A stretch of 64,000 nt of DNA. Source: Flammeovirgaceae bacterium (GTDB lineage: Bacteria > Bacteroidota > Bacteroidia > Cytophagales > Cyclobacteriaceae). A program made the translations under genes and the position numbers. The notes under the pieces were generated by a model that was not told where the DNA came from, made no database searches, and saw nothing but the letters and a program-made list of their open reading frames with translations. Shown here in pieces: positions 52,226 through 62,279 of the stretch (its first letter is position 1; each line of letters begins with the position of its first letter). Location of the stretch: the NCBI GenBank assembly GCA_016709845.1, contig JADJMA010000014.1, positions 38,365 through 102,364 on the forward strand, written 5' to 3'.

Positions 52226-52549
52226 ATGGACATAATGGACTTTGGGCTATATGCCACATATTTATTCTTCGCATTCGCAATTGTTGCAGCTGTAGTTCTA
52301 CCACTGGTAAATGCGCTGAAAGCACCTGCAGGACTTGTAAGGTCATTGGTCAGTGTTGGAGGGTTAGCGGTTGTATTTATTATTGCTTATGCTATTTCTG
52401 GTTCAGAGCTCTCCAAAAGAGCTGCTGCTTCCGGAATAACGGAGTCATCATCTAAAATGATAGGCGCAGGGCTTACCCTGTTTTACATTGTTTTTGTTGT
52501 AGCTGTGCTGGGTGTTGTTTTTTCTGAAATCAATAAAGCTTTAAAATAA
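52226..52549 (+). CDS. Three-TM hypothetical protein within exbBD operon
   Basis: Hydrophobic 107-aa ORF; stop overlaps exbD start (TAATG). Confidence 0.8.
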   Translation: MDIMDFGLYATYLFFAFAIVAAVVLPLVNALKAPAGLVRSLVSVGGLAVVFIIAYAISGSELSKRAAASGITESSSKMIGAGLTLFYIVFVVAVLGVVFSEINKALK

Positions 52550-53106
52550 TGCCACGCTCTACACCAGAAATACCCAATGCATCGATGGCTGATATTGCCT
52601 TCTTGTTGTTAGTATTCTTTCTGGTTACTACTACTATGCCCAATAACCGGGGTCTTAGTATTGCGCTTCCCCCTCCACCCGAGGCAACTCCGCCCGATGA
52701 GGTGAAGATTCAGGAACGTAATATGTTCAAGATTCAACTCAACTCTTCGGATGCCTTGCTGGTTGAAGGAGAGCCAAGGGAAGATGTACGTAACCTAAAG
52801 GAAGAGATTAAGGAATTTATCCTTAATAATGGTAGAAATCCTGCCAGTTCTGATAATCCTGAAAAGGCGATTGTTTCCTTCAAAACGGACCGCGGAACAA
52901 GCCATAAAAGATTTATCCAGTTGTTGGATATAATTCAAGGCGCTTACTATGATATTTATGCAGATCAGGCAGGTGTTTCCAATGAAGTTTTCCGAAATGC
53001 CGCTTCCGATTTATCGATTCGTGAGAATAAAGCTATCTATGACAAGGGACGGGAAGGAATTCCCTTGAATATTTCGATTGCAGACCCTACTAAAGTTGGT
53101 AACTAA
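52549..53106 (+). CDS. exbD: ExbD/TolR family protein
   Basis: SMADIAFLLLVFFLVTT with conserved TM Asp. Confidence 0.9.
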   Translation: MPRSTPEIPNASMADIAFLLLVFFLVTTTMPNNRGLSIALPPPPEATPPDEVKIQERNMFKIQLNSSDALLVEGEPREDVRNLKEEIKEFILNNGRNPASSDNPEKAIVSFKTDRGTSHKRFIQLLDIIQGAYYDIYADQAGVSNEVFRNAASDLSIRENKAIYDKGREGIPLNISIADPTKVGN

Positions 53107-53114
53107 GAAAGACT

Positions 53115-53585
53115 ATGTCAAAATTTAAGAAAAAGGCTAACGTAAAACAAGACATCCCAACATCGTCAATGCCTGATGTTGTATTCATGCTTCTGTTTTT
53201 TTTCATGGTTACAACAGAAATGAGAAAGAGTTCAATAGAGGTTAAACAGGTAATTCCTAGGGCAACTCAGTTACGTAAGTTGATGCGCAAGGGGTTGGTA
53301 GCCAACCTTTATATAGGTGAGCCTACCAAGTCAGATCAATTTGGTAAAGAACCAAAGATTCAGGCTGACGATGTGTTTATTGATACTAAGGATATTATCC
53401 GTTGGGTTAATGAGCAGAAAAGTAAACTGGATGAAGTTGAACGCGATCAATTAACGGTAGCTTTAAAAGTTGACAAGGATGCTAAACGGGGCATTATTTC
53501 GGATGTGGAAACGGAGCTTAGAAAAGCAAATGCAAGAAAGCTTCTTTACTCTGCACTTGAGGATAGTGAGAGAGAAAAAAATTAG
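53115..53585 (+). CDS. exbD: ExbD/TolR family protein (second)
   Basis: SMPDVVFMLLFFFMVTT. Confidence 0.9.
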   Translation: MSKFKKKANVKQDIPTSSMPDVVFMLLFFFMVTTEMRKSSIEVKQVIPRATQLRKLMRKGLVANLYIGEPTKSDQFGKEPKIQADDVFIDTKDIIRWVNEQKSKLDEVERDQLTVALKVDKDAKRGIISDVETELRKANARKLLYSALEDSEREKN

Positions 53586-53607
53586 TTTATTATTTTCATG
53601 GTAATAT

Positions 53608-53645
53608 AATAGCCTTCCAATTTTTTGGAAGGCTATTTCATTTTT
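53608..53645 (+). terminator. Rho-independent terminator of exb operon
   Basis: AATAGCCTTCCAA-tttt-TTGGAAGGCTATT then T-rich tail. Confidence 0.85.
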
Positions 53646-54976
53646 ATGAACTCTGTTGCAGTCTTAAGTAATCGCAAAACGATCAATGCTTGGTGCATGT
53701 ATGATTGGGCTAACTCTGTTTATAACTTAGTTATTACCACTACATTTTTCCAATCTATTTTGCAGGAATTACCGAATCAGCTTATGGCGAGAATTCCGTT
53801 CCGTTATTGGGAAGAACGTTTAAAAATACAGCGCTCTACGATTACGCGCTGGCTACCGCCTATCTTGCTATTGCTATTTTGTTGCCGATACTTTCTTCTA
53901 TAGCTGATTCTCGAGGGAATAAGAAAAAATTCATGCAGTTTTTTTGCTACCTCGGAGCTATTTCATGTATGGCTCTTTTCTGGTTTAAAGGCCCACAGCC
54001 TAATGTACTGTGGGGTGTTGGTTTCTTTATGCTGGCTGCCATCGGTTTTGTAGGAAGTTTGGTTTTCTATAATTCATACCTACCCGAAATTGCCGAGCCC
54101 GAAGAAAGAGATTGGGTTAGTGCTCGTGGATTTTCTATGGGTTATGCAGGAAGTGTAATTCTACAATTAATAGGCTTTGGGTTAGTGCTCTACTTTGGCG
54201 CCCAAGGCGACCAGACTTCAGGGCCCCGTTACACCTTTTTATTAGTTGGGCTTTGGTGGATGGGCTTTGCACAATTCACCTTTGCAAAACTTCCGAATAA
54301 CAAGCCACCACAAACTAAACGACTTAAAGAGGTGTTGCAAGCTGGCTTTAGTGAGTTGCGTAAGGTGTGGAATCAGCTGCGACATTTGAGTTTGCTCAAA
54401 TGGTTTTTGGTTGCCTTCTTTTGTTACAGCATGGGCGTGCAAACTGTTATGTTGGCGGCTACGCTTTTTGGTAGTCATGTGCTTGAGTTGCCAACAGACA
54501 AATTGATAATTACCATTGTATTGATCCAATTGGTTGCCATTCCCGGTTCAATGATTATGTCCTTTCTGTCAGGCAGAATTGGTAATATTTTGGTCTTGAT
54601 GGGGGTTGTATTGGTTTGGATCATTATATGCATAGCTGCGTACATGGTAGCCAATCTCAAAGAGGGGGGCACTGAAGTTGAATTTCATTTTTATGGATTA
54701 GCGATTGCAGTGGGCCTGGTCATGGGAGGTATTCAGGCGTTGAGCCGCAGCACCTACAGCAAGCTTATGCCCGTAACCAAGGACACGGCTTCGTTCTTTA
54801 GCTTTTATGATGTAACCGAGAAAGTAGCAATCGTTATTGGCATTTTTACTTTTGGTTATATCGATGAACTCTTCGGAATGAAAAATTCCGTATTGATGCT
54901 TATCATTTTCTTTGTGCTGGGGTTAATGGCCCTGGCCAAAGCAAAATCTCATGAAAAAAAAGAACCAGCGAGTTAG
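53646..54976 (+). CDS. MFS transporter, UMF1/Atg22-like (frameshifted)
   Basis: AWCMYDWANS, FYNSYLPEIA, GGIQALSRS. Confidence 0.85.
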
Positions 54977-55743
54977 TAAAGCAGGTGCTTAACGGTAATT
55001 CCTTTATTGATAAGTTGTTTCAAAGATTCAATCCCGATTTTAAGATGCATATCAACATAGCTGGTAGTTACTACCTTATCGCTCGCTTCCGTTTTGATTC
55101 CATCTACAACCATGGGTTGATCCGATACAAGTAATAAAGCTCCGGCTGGAATTTCGTTAAAGAAGGCTGTAGAAAAAATAGTGGCCGTTTCCATGTCGAT
55201 GGCCATCGCCCGAATTTTACGTAGGTATTCTTTAAACTGTTCATCCCACTCCCATACTCTTCGGTTTGTTGTGTACACAGTTCCAGTCCAATAGTCCTGG
55301 CTATTATCCCTGATGGTAGTGGATATCGCTTTTTGTAATGCAAAAGCAGGAAGTGCCGGAACCTCTGCGGGAAAGTAGTCATTGGACGTTCCTTCGCCCC
55401 GAATTGCTGCAATAGGTAATATAAAATCACCTAAATCATTCTTCCTTTTAAGACCACCGCACTTGCCCAAAAAAAGAACCGCTTCTGGCTTTATGGCCGA
55501 AAGGCAATCAACAATTGTGGCTGCGTTGGGGCTGCCCATTCCAAAATTGATAATGGTAATTCCGCCTGCAGTAGCACTACGCATGGCGCGGTCGGTACCA
55601 TGTACCTCTACATTATTCCATTCGGCAAACTTCTTTATATAATTATCGAAATTGGTCAGCAAGATATACTTTCCAAAATCTTCCAGGTTTAAGCCCGTGT
55701 ATCGGGGCAACCAGTTTTCAACTATTTCTTGTTTTGATTTCAT
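54973..55743 (-). CDS. amn: AMP nucleosidase (short form)
   Basis: NWLPRYTG, LLTNF, FGMGSPNA, LGKCGGL, AIDMETAT, LVSD. Confidence 0.9.
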   Translation of the reverse strand: MKSKQEIVENWLPRYTGLNLEDFGKYILLTNFDNYIKKFAEWNNVEVHGTDRAMRSATAGGITIINFGMGSPNAATIVDCLSAIKPEAVLFLGKCGGLKRKNDLGDFILPIAAIRGEGTSNDYFPAEVPALPAFALQKAISTTIRDNSQDYWTGTVYTTNRRVWEWDEQFKEYLRKIRAMAIDMETATIFSTAFFNEIPAGALLLVSDQPMVVDGIKTEASDKVVTTSYVDMHLKIGIESLKQLINKGITVKHLLY

Positions 55744-55769
55744 ATCGGCTAATTATCTTATTTTACAGC

Positions 55770-56222
55770 ATGTACAAATTAAATCTTCCTGACTATACAC
55801 CAACTTTACGTAAAGATCAGGGTAAAGTATGGATTTTTGATATTATTCGAAAGAAGTATATAGTACTTACACCCGAAGAATGGGTACGGCAACACTTTAT
55901 TCACTATTTGATTGATCATTTTAAGTATCCTAAATCTTTGTTTCGGGTTGAAGGCAGTCTGTCCTACAATAAACTTCAAAAAAGATCTGACATAGTTATT
56001 TATAATCGAATGGGTAAACCCTGGATGTTGATTGAATGTAAATCTCCTGTTATTAAGTTAACTCAAAAAGCATTCAATCAGGTAGCCGTTTATAACATGA
56101 CTATTGGCGCCCGATATGTGGCAGTCACCAATGGCATGGTACACTATTGTTTTGAGGCATTAGAACAACCCGGTAACGAGGTTAGGTTCCTTGATGCTTT
56201 TCCGGCTTTTGAAGAAGGATAA
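55770..56222 (+). CDS. Stand-alone HsdR N-terminal-like (PD-(D/E)xK) domain protein
   Basis: TPEEWVRQH, RSDIV, IECK, Q...YN, VTNG. Confidence 0.85.
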   Translation: MYKLNLPDYTPTLRKDQGKVWIFDIIRKKYIVLTPEEWVRQHFIHYLIDHFKYPKSLFRVEGSLSYNKLQKRSDIVIYNRMGKPWMLIECKSPVIKLTQKAFNQVAVYNMTIGARYVAVTNGMVHYCFEALEQPGNEVRFLDAFPAFEEG

Positions 56223-56252
56223 TCAGATACTGGTCACTGGGGCAACCGGTGA

Positions 56253-57368
56253 CTATTTCAAAACCTCGCTTACATCCACGTAAGGGATATTGAATGCATC
56301 GGCCACAGCCTTATATACCACTTTGCCATTCACCACATTCAATCCCTTTTTTAAGTCTTCATGTTCTTTACATGCTTTTTTCCAGCCATGGTTTGCCAAC
56401 CTAAGCGCATAAGGAAGCGTAGCATTGGTGAGGGCCAGAGTAGACGTATAAGGTACAGCACCCGGCATGTTGGCTACACAGTAATGAACAATATCATCAA
56501 TAATATAAGTAGGATCTTCATGCGTGGTTGGCTTGCACGTTTCAATGCAACCGCCCTGATCTACGGCCACATCTACTAAAACAGTACCCGGTCTCATGGT
56601 TTTAAGCATATCCCGCGTAATCAGTTTTGGTGCTTTGGCTCCAGGAATCAGAACGCCACCAATAATCAAATCGTGTGTCTTTACGAGTTCACGCAACATG
56701 TAATCGTTCGATGCCATCGTGTGAACATTTTTTGGCATTACATCATCCAGATATCTAAGTCTGTTTAGATTAACATCGGTAATAATCACATCGGCACCCA
56801 TGCCGGCAGCGATCTTGGCTGCATTGGTACCCACTACACCACCACCTAAGATCAAAACTTTGGCAGGCATTACGCCAGGTACGCCTCCTAATAAAATACC
56901 ACGACCCTTCAAAGGTTTTTCAAGATACTTGGCGCCTTCCTGAATAGCCATCCGGCCAGCCACTTCGGACATAGGTATTAACAAAGGAAGACTTCTATCA
57001 GGGCGTTCAACGGTTTCGTAGGCCAAACACACCGCACCTGTTTTTATCATGGCATGAGCCAGTGGCTCGTAGGAGGCAAAATGGAAATAGGTAAATACGA
57101 GTTGATCCTTTTTGATCAGGCTATACTCTTGCTCTATGGGTTCTTTTACTTTGATGATCATTTCAGCAATACTGAAAACATCTTCTGCTTTCGGAAGAAT
57201 TTTAGCTCCTGCGCCAATATACTCTTCATCACTAAATCCACTACCTTCGCCCGCTTTAGTTTGAATGTAAACGGTGTGTCCCTTCTTTGCAAATTCTTGT
57301 GCACCTGCCGGGGTAAGGGCTACTCTGTTTTCGTTATTTTTGATTTCCTTTGGAACTCCGATAATCAT
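56253..57368 (-). CDS. ald: Alanine dehydrogenase
   Basis: GVPKEIKNNENRV, PMSEVAGR, GGGVVG, DVAVDQGG, VANMPGAVP. Confidence 0.96.
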   Translation of the reverse strand: MIIGVPKEIKNNENRVALTPAGAQEFAKKGHTVYIQTKAGEGSGFSDEEYIGAGAKILPKAEDVFSIAEMIIKVKEPIEQEYSLIKKDQLVFTYFHFASYEPLAHAMIKTGAVCLAYETVERPDRSLPLLIPMSEVAGRMAIQEGAKYLEKPLKGRGILLGGVPGVMPAKVLILGGGVVGTNAAKIAAGMGADVIITDVNLNRLRYLDDVMPKNVHTMASNDYMLRELVKTHDLIIGGVLIPGAKAPKLITRDMLKTMRPGTVLVDVAVDQGGCIETCKPTTHEDPTYIIDDIVHYCVANMPGAVPYTSTLALTNATLPYALRLANHGWKKACKEHEDLKKGLNVVNGKVVYKAVADAFNIPYVDVSEVLK

Positions 57369-57409
57369 AGTGGTAGATTTTAATTTTACGTAAACAGCTA
57401 AACTTTTGG

Positions 57410-57417
57410 CAAATATA
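57410..57417 (-). promoter_or_regulatory. -7 promoter element for ald
   Basis: TATATTTG on minus strand. Confidence 0.5.
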
Positions 57418-57456
57418 GCATTCGGTTACGATTGCAGGAGGTTGTTTTAATACTTT

Positions 57457-57828
57457 TTGATGGAAATGAATTCTGCATCACACTATGCTTTTTATGGCTC
57501 CTTGAGGAAAGGGATGAAATTGTATGAGCAATACAAAAGTGGCCTGGATTATCGCTACAGTTTTTGGTTATCGGGTTTTAAACTTTACTCACTCGGAAGC
57601 TACCCATGTGCCATAAAATCGACTGAGTTGAATAGTCGGATTCTTATTGAAGTAATGAAGGTAACCGATCCGAAAATTGAAATAGAAATTTTTGATCTGG
57701 AGATTGAAGCAGGATATTATTATGAAGAAATTTTGATTCACGATATTCCAACAGGAATCTTTCTTTATCAGGATGCGGCCAATTATCCATTCGTGCGTCA
57801 TGGAGACTGGGTTAAATTCTTCTGTTAG
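57457..57828 (+). CDS. Gamma-glutamylcyclotransferase (AIG2-like) family protein
   Basis: FYGSLRKG, LYSLGSYP, C-terminal GDW. Confidence 0.8.
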   Translation: MMEMNSASHYAFYGSLRKGMKLYEQYKSGLDYRYSFWLSGFKLYSLGSYPCAIKSTELNSRILIEVMKVTDPKIEIEIFDLEIEAGYYYEEILIHDIPTGIFLYQDAANYPFVRHGDWVKFFC

Positions 57829-57922
57829 CTAATTAATTCCCAGTATATTATTCCGGAAGGGATTTTGTTTTTGACCCCTCCCTTGTTTTTGACTATTTTT
57901 GATAATAACCAACCCATTTGCC

Positions 57923-60323
57923 GTGAGCGAAACCAAGACAATGGTTAGTGGATTAACCGAAAAAAGATTGCTGACCTGCTGGCAGATTATAAGCTGGCGT
58001 GTGAAAGTCGTGAAGCGAGTTTATTTGGCCGTAAGGAAGTGTTTATGGGTAAAGCCAAGTTTGGAATTTTCGGAGACGGAAAAGAACTGGCACAGCTCGC
58101 GATGGCAAAGGTATTTCGGCCAGGTGATCATCGTGCAGGGTATTACCGCGACCAAACCTTTATGTTGGCCATTGGCGGGCTCACCTTGCAGCAATATTTT
58201 GCTCAGCTCTACGCGCACCCGGATGTAGAGGCAGATCCGGCATCAGCCGGTCGGCTGATGAACGGACACTTTGCTACACGCATGATTGATGAGCACGGAG
58301 CTTTCAAAAATTTAGCGAAACTTAAAAACAGCAGTTCAGATATTTCACCTACGGCCGGTCAAATGCCCAGACTGGTGGGGTTGGCCTATGCATCCAAGTT
58401 ATTTAGAAATACTCCAGAGCTTACACAATTCAGTGATCTGAGTGATCAGGGAAATGAAATAGCATTTGGTACTATTGGTAATGCATCTACCAGTGAAGGA
58501 ATGTTTTTTGAGGCGATCAACGCTGCAGGTGTTTTGCAAGTACCCATGCTAATGTCTGTTTGGGATGATGATTATGGAATCTCGGTGCCCAAAGAATATC
58601 ATACAACAAAAGGAAGTATCTCCAAAATTTTAGCTGGTTTTCAGCGAACCAAAACTGAGAAGGGATTTGAAATCTTAACGGTGAAAGGGTGGGATTATCA
58701 AGCATTGCTTCAAACGTATAAGAAGGCCGAAAAAATTTGTCGCGATGAGCACGTACCGGTTCTGGTTCACGTAACGGAAATGACTCAACCCCAGGGGCAC
58801 TCCACCTCAGGTTCACACGAACGATATAAGTCGAAAGAAAGATTAACGTGGGAGGCAGAGCATGATTGTATTCGAAAACTGAGGCAATGGATTTTAGAGA
58901 GTGGAGTAGCTTCGGTAGAGGAATTGGTTGAAATCGAAAAGAGGCAAAGGCTGTTGCCAAGGCATCAAAAGATATAGCCTGGAAAGCCTTTAACGAAGAT
59001 ATTCAGAAGGATCAAAAAAAGCTTGAGAGAATTTTAGTTAAGGCCAGCGAGGCGGCACCGGCTATCGAAGACATTCTTAGAGAATTAAAGAAGACGATCA
59101 ACCCACTCAGGATGGATTCTATGCGTGCGGCAAAAAAAGCTATCCGCAAATTAATGAATGCTAATTCAGATATCCGCGAAGCAGTGGCTGAATGGATAAG
59201 GGTTTCAGAAACTGAAAATGCAGACCGTTTTAATTCGTATCTCTATAGTAATTCTGAGTGGTCGGCACTTAACGTAGCGCACATCGAACCGGTTTATTCT
59301 GATAAATCTCCGCTTATTGATGGACGCGAAGTGTTGCAAGCTTGTTTTACACAGGCGCTGAAAAGAGATCCACGAGTTCTTGCTTTTGGTGAGGATGTTG
59401 GAAAAATTGGTGATGTAAATCAGGGATTTGCTGGGTTGCAGGAAAAATTTGGTGAGCTACGCGTAACCGATACCGGTATTCGGGAATGTACCATCATTGG
59501 GCAGGGCATAGGGGCAGCCTTAAGAGGACTTAGACCGATCGCTGAAATTCAATATCTCGATTATCTTTTGTATGCGATTCAGATTATGTCCGATGATCTG
59601 GCCTGCCTTCAGTATAGGACTAAAGGCGGTCAAAAGGCACCGTTAATAATTCGCACACGCGGTCATAGGCTAGAAGGCGTTTGGCACGCGGGTTCGCCCA
59701 TGGGTATGGCTTTGCATGCCATTCGGGGTATGTATGTGTTGGTACCGAGAGATATGACACAGGCAGCTGGGTTTTACAATACATTACTTCAATCGGATGA
59801 CCCCGCCTTGATTATAGAATGCTTGAATGGTTATCGGATTAAAGAACGATTGCCAGATAATATTGGTGAGTTTACAGTGCCCTTAGGCATGCCTGATATT
59901 TTGTGTTATGGCAATGATGTTACGATAGTCACCTATGGTTCTATGTGTAAAATTGTTATGGAGGCAGTAAATGATTTGGAAACACATGGCATTTCCTGTG
60001 AGGTCATAGATGTACAAACTTTATTGCCGTTTGACATCCAGCACAAAATTCTTGAGTCGATTAAAAAAACAAATCGGGTAATCTTTGCGGATGAGGATGT
60101 GCCGGGAGGAGCTACTGCTTTTATGATGCAGCAGGTATTAGAGGGCCAGCGTGCCTATGAGTACCTGGATTCGAAACCTCGAACTATTGCAGCCAAAGAA
60201 CACAGGCCGGCTTATGGATCGGATGGCGATTATTTCTCCAAGCCAAACCCAGAAGATGTTTTTGATGTTGTGCATGAATTAATGAACGAGGTTGATCCGG
60301 AACGATATCCGAAATTATACTGA
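57923..60323 (+). CDS. 2-oxoacid dehydrogenase E1, fused alpha/beta (branched-chain type; frameshifted)
   Basis: FGIFGDGKE, GYYRDQT, TIGNASTSEG, GHSTSGS, FGEDVG, DTGIRE, AEIQYLDY. Confidence 0.9.
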
Positions 60324-60324
60324 A

Positions 60325-61044
60325 TCAAAGAGTAAATTCGGGAGTGAAGATTTCATTACTCTTGTTAAGAGCACGGTCTTTTATCTGAACTCTTAGCTTG
60401 AGTGTCTTAACACTAAACAAGGCTTTAAAACCAATTGACCCCATACTGTATCTTAGTCTTCCTTCCAAAGGAGTTCCTGACTCTTCTTTATACAAAATTG
60501 GAAATCGCCCGTCAAAGGAAGTTCCACAGTTTGGATAATTGAATTCTTTGGTCCAGTCAAATTCAGTAAATGTGCCATCTGGATTTTTTACCAAAAAATC
60601 AACCTCAATATTGTAGTGATCTTGGTTTAGTTCAAAGTAAAAGGTATCGACCTTATTGGTGTTGTCTGTACTAACTTCCCAATTAATGCAATTATAAGGT
60701 TTTACAAAATCTGGCAACGAGCTGTAATCGGGGTTAGTTCTTTTATCTTTATAGGTTAAGTAATTTCCATCCGGCTTAAGGTAGAAGAATTTATTATTAT
60801 AACAGATGTTTTCACTTATACACTCAAGTTCGCTGGGATCCAACCCCAGGTCTCCATCGCCATCTTTAAACGTAATGACGAGGATCAGGGAATCCGCCTC
60901 AGCATCAAAGCCAGCCCCATATTCCTTAAAGTCAATACTTTCGAATTCAATTTGGGGCTGTATCGGAAATTCTGGCGGAGTAAAGCACCCACCAACACCG
61001 AGTGAAATAAACAAAAAACCAATTAGATTCCCTTTCAATCTCAT
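60325..61044 (-). CDS. Hypothetical lipoprotein
   Basis: Lipobox VGGC; FKDGDGDLG motif; IKDRALNKSN.I.TP C-terminus. Confidence 0.75.
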   Translation of the reverse strand: MRLKGNLIGFLFISLGVGGCFTPPEFPIQPQIEFESIDFKEYGAGFDAEADSLILVITFKDGDGDLGLDPSELECISENICYNNKFFYLKPDGNYLTYKDKRTNPDYSSLPDFVKPYNCINWEVSTDNTNKVDTFYFELNQDHYNIEVDFLVKNPDGTFTEFDWTKEFNYPNCGTSFDGRFPILYKEESGTPLEGRLRYSMGSIGFKALFSVKTLKLRVQIKDRALNKSNEIFTPEFTL

Positions 61045-61077
61045 TTTCTACCTTTAACCTTGTAAAATAAGCAACGC

Positions 61078-62064
61078 TTGAACACATTCAAAAGTTTTGA
61101 GGAATCTTTATATCAAGTAAACGATAACAACTTTGAAGAAATTGCGTTTCGTTTATTCCATTTTCAAGCGAAGAATAATGCAGTTTATAGTCAGTACCTC
61201 CAGTACTTAAATTGCAAAACGGAGCTAATTGATTCGTTAGAACAGATACCGTTTCTACCAATTGAATTGTTTAAGTCACAAAAAGTTAAAACGGGTACCT
61301 GGAAACCGATGACTGAATTTACGAGCAGCGGCACCGGGGGGATGGCAACCAGCAAGCACGAGGTTTTTGATCTTTCCTTTTATTTAAGATTGTCGGAACA
61401 AATTTTTACAAGTTTTTATGGGCGAGTAACGGACTATCACCTATTGGCACTACTTCCGTCTTACCTTGAAAGAAAGGATTCTTCTTTAATTGCCATGATG
61501 GATCATCTGATTAAAGAAAGCAAATCTGAGCACTCGGGATTTTATTTGCACAACCAGGAAGAGTTGGTGAAAAAGATTTCTTCCTTGAATGACAGCAAGC
61601 GCAAGGTGATGCTTTGGGGCGTATCGTTTGCACTTCTTGATTTGGCTGAATCTTATGAGTTGGATCTAAAGAATTTCATTGTGATGGAAACGGGTGGTAT
61701 GAAGGGGCGGAGAAAGGAGTGGGTCAGAGAGGAATTGCATAGCTTTTTATGCAACCGGTTTAACATAAAGTCAATTCATTCTGAATATGGAATGACTGAA
61801 CTGATGTCTCAGGCTTACTCTAAAGGCAACGGTTACTATCTATGCCCGCCCTGGATGAAAGTGCTTGTGAGAGATATCAATGACCCATTTCGAACCTTAA
61901 TTGGCAAAACTGGTGGAATTAAGGTTATTGATTTGGCTAATTTTCACTCCTGTGCCTTTATAGAAACTCAGGATTTAGGATTAGTAGGCCAACAGGGTAA
62001 TTTTGAGCTACTTGGAAGATTTGATAATAGCGATTTAAGAGGTTGTAATTTATTGGTTGGATAG
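61078..62064 (+). CDS. LuxE-like acyl-protein synthetase / acyltransferase
   Basis: PFLPIELFK, FTSSGT, METGGMKG, EYGMTEL.SQAY, TQDLG, GR.....RGC. Confidence 0.82.
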   Translation: MNTFKSFEESLYQVNDNNFEEIAFRLFHFQAKNNAVYSQYLQYLNCKTELIDSLEQIPFLPIELFKSQKVKTGTWKPMTEFTSSGTGGMATSKHEVFDLSFYLRLSEQIFTSFYGRVTDYHLLALLPSYLERKDSSLIAMMDHLIKESKSEHSGFYLHNQEELVKKISSLNDSKRKVMLWGVSFALLDLAESYELDLKNFIVMETGGMKGRRKEWVREELHSFLCNRFNIKSIHSEYGMTELMSQAYSKGNGYYLCPPWMKVLVRDINDPFRTLIGKTGGIKVIDLANFHSCAFIETQDLGLVGQQGNFELLGRFDNSDLRGCNLLVG

Positions 62065-62154
62065 CCGATAGAATCGCCCAACGGTATTTTATAAATAATA
62101 AATTTGTAAGAATTCAAAAGATTGATATTTTTGTTCCTTATCAAAGCCACTAAT

Positions 62155-62274
62155 ATGAAGAAAATCATCGCATTTGTAGCTCTTCTTGCATTTATGACGT
62201 CTTGCAGTCAGTATACCTGCCCGACCTATAGCAAGAAGGACATGAAGAAAAGCGTAGCTGAAAACCGGGTTTAG
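62155..62274 (+). CDS. 39-aa lipoprotein (absent from ORF track)
   Basis: MKKIIAFVALLAFMTSCSQYTCPTYSKKDMKKSVAENRV*: basic N-terminus, hydrophobic core, lipobox MTSC. Confidence 0.75.
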   Translation: MKKIIAFVALLAFMTSCSQYTCPTYSKKDMKKSVAENRV

Positions 62275-62279
62275 GAGGT

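Noticed and set aside
61078-62064. Bioluminescence locus
   Set aside because: Only a LuxE-like gene; no luxA, luxB, luxC or luxD
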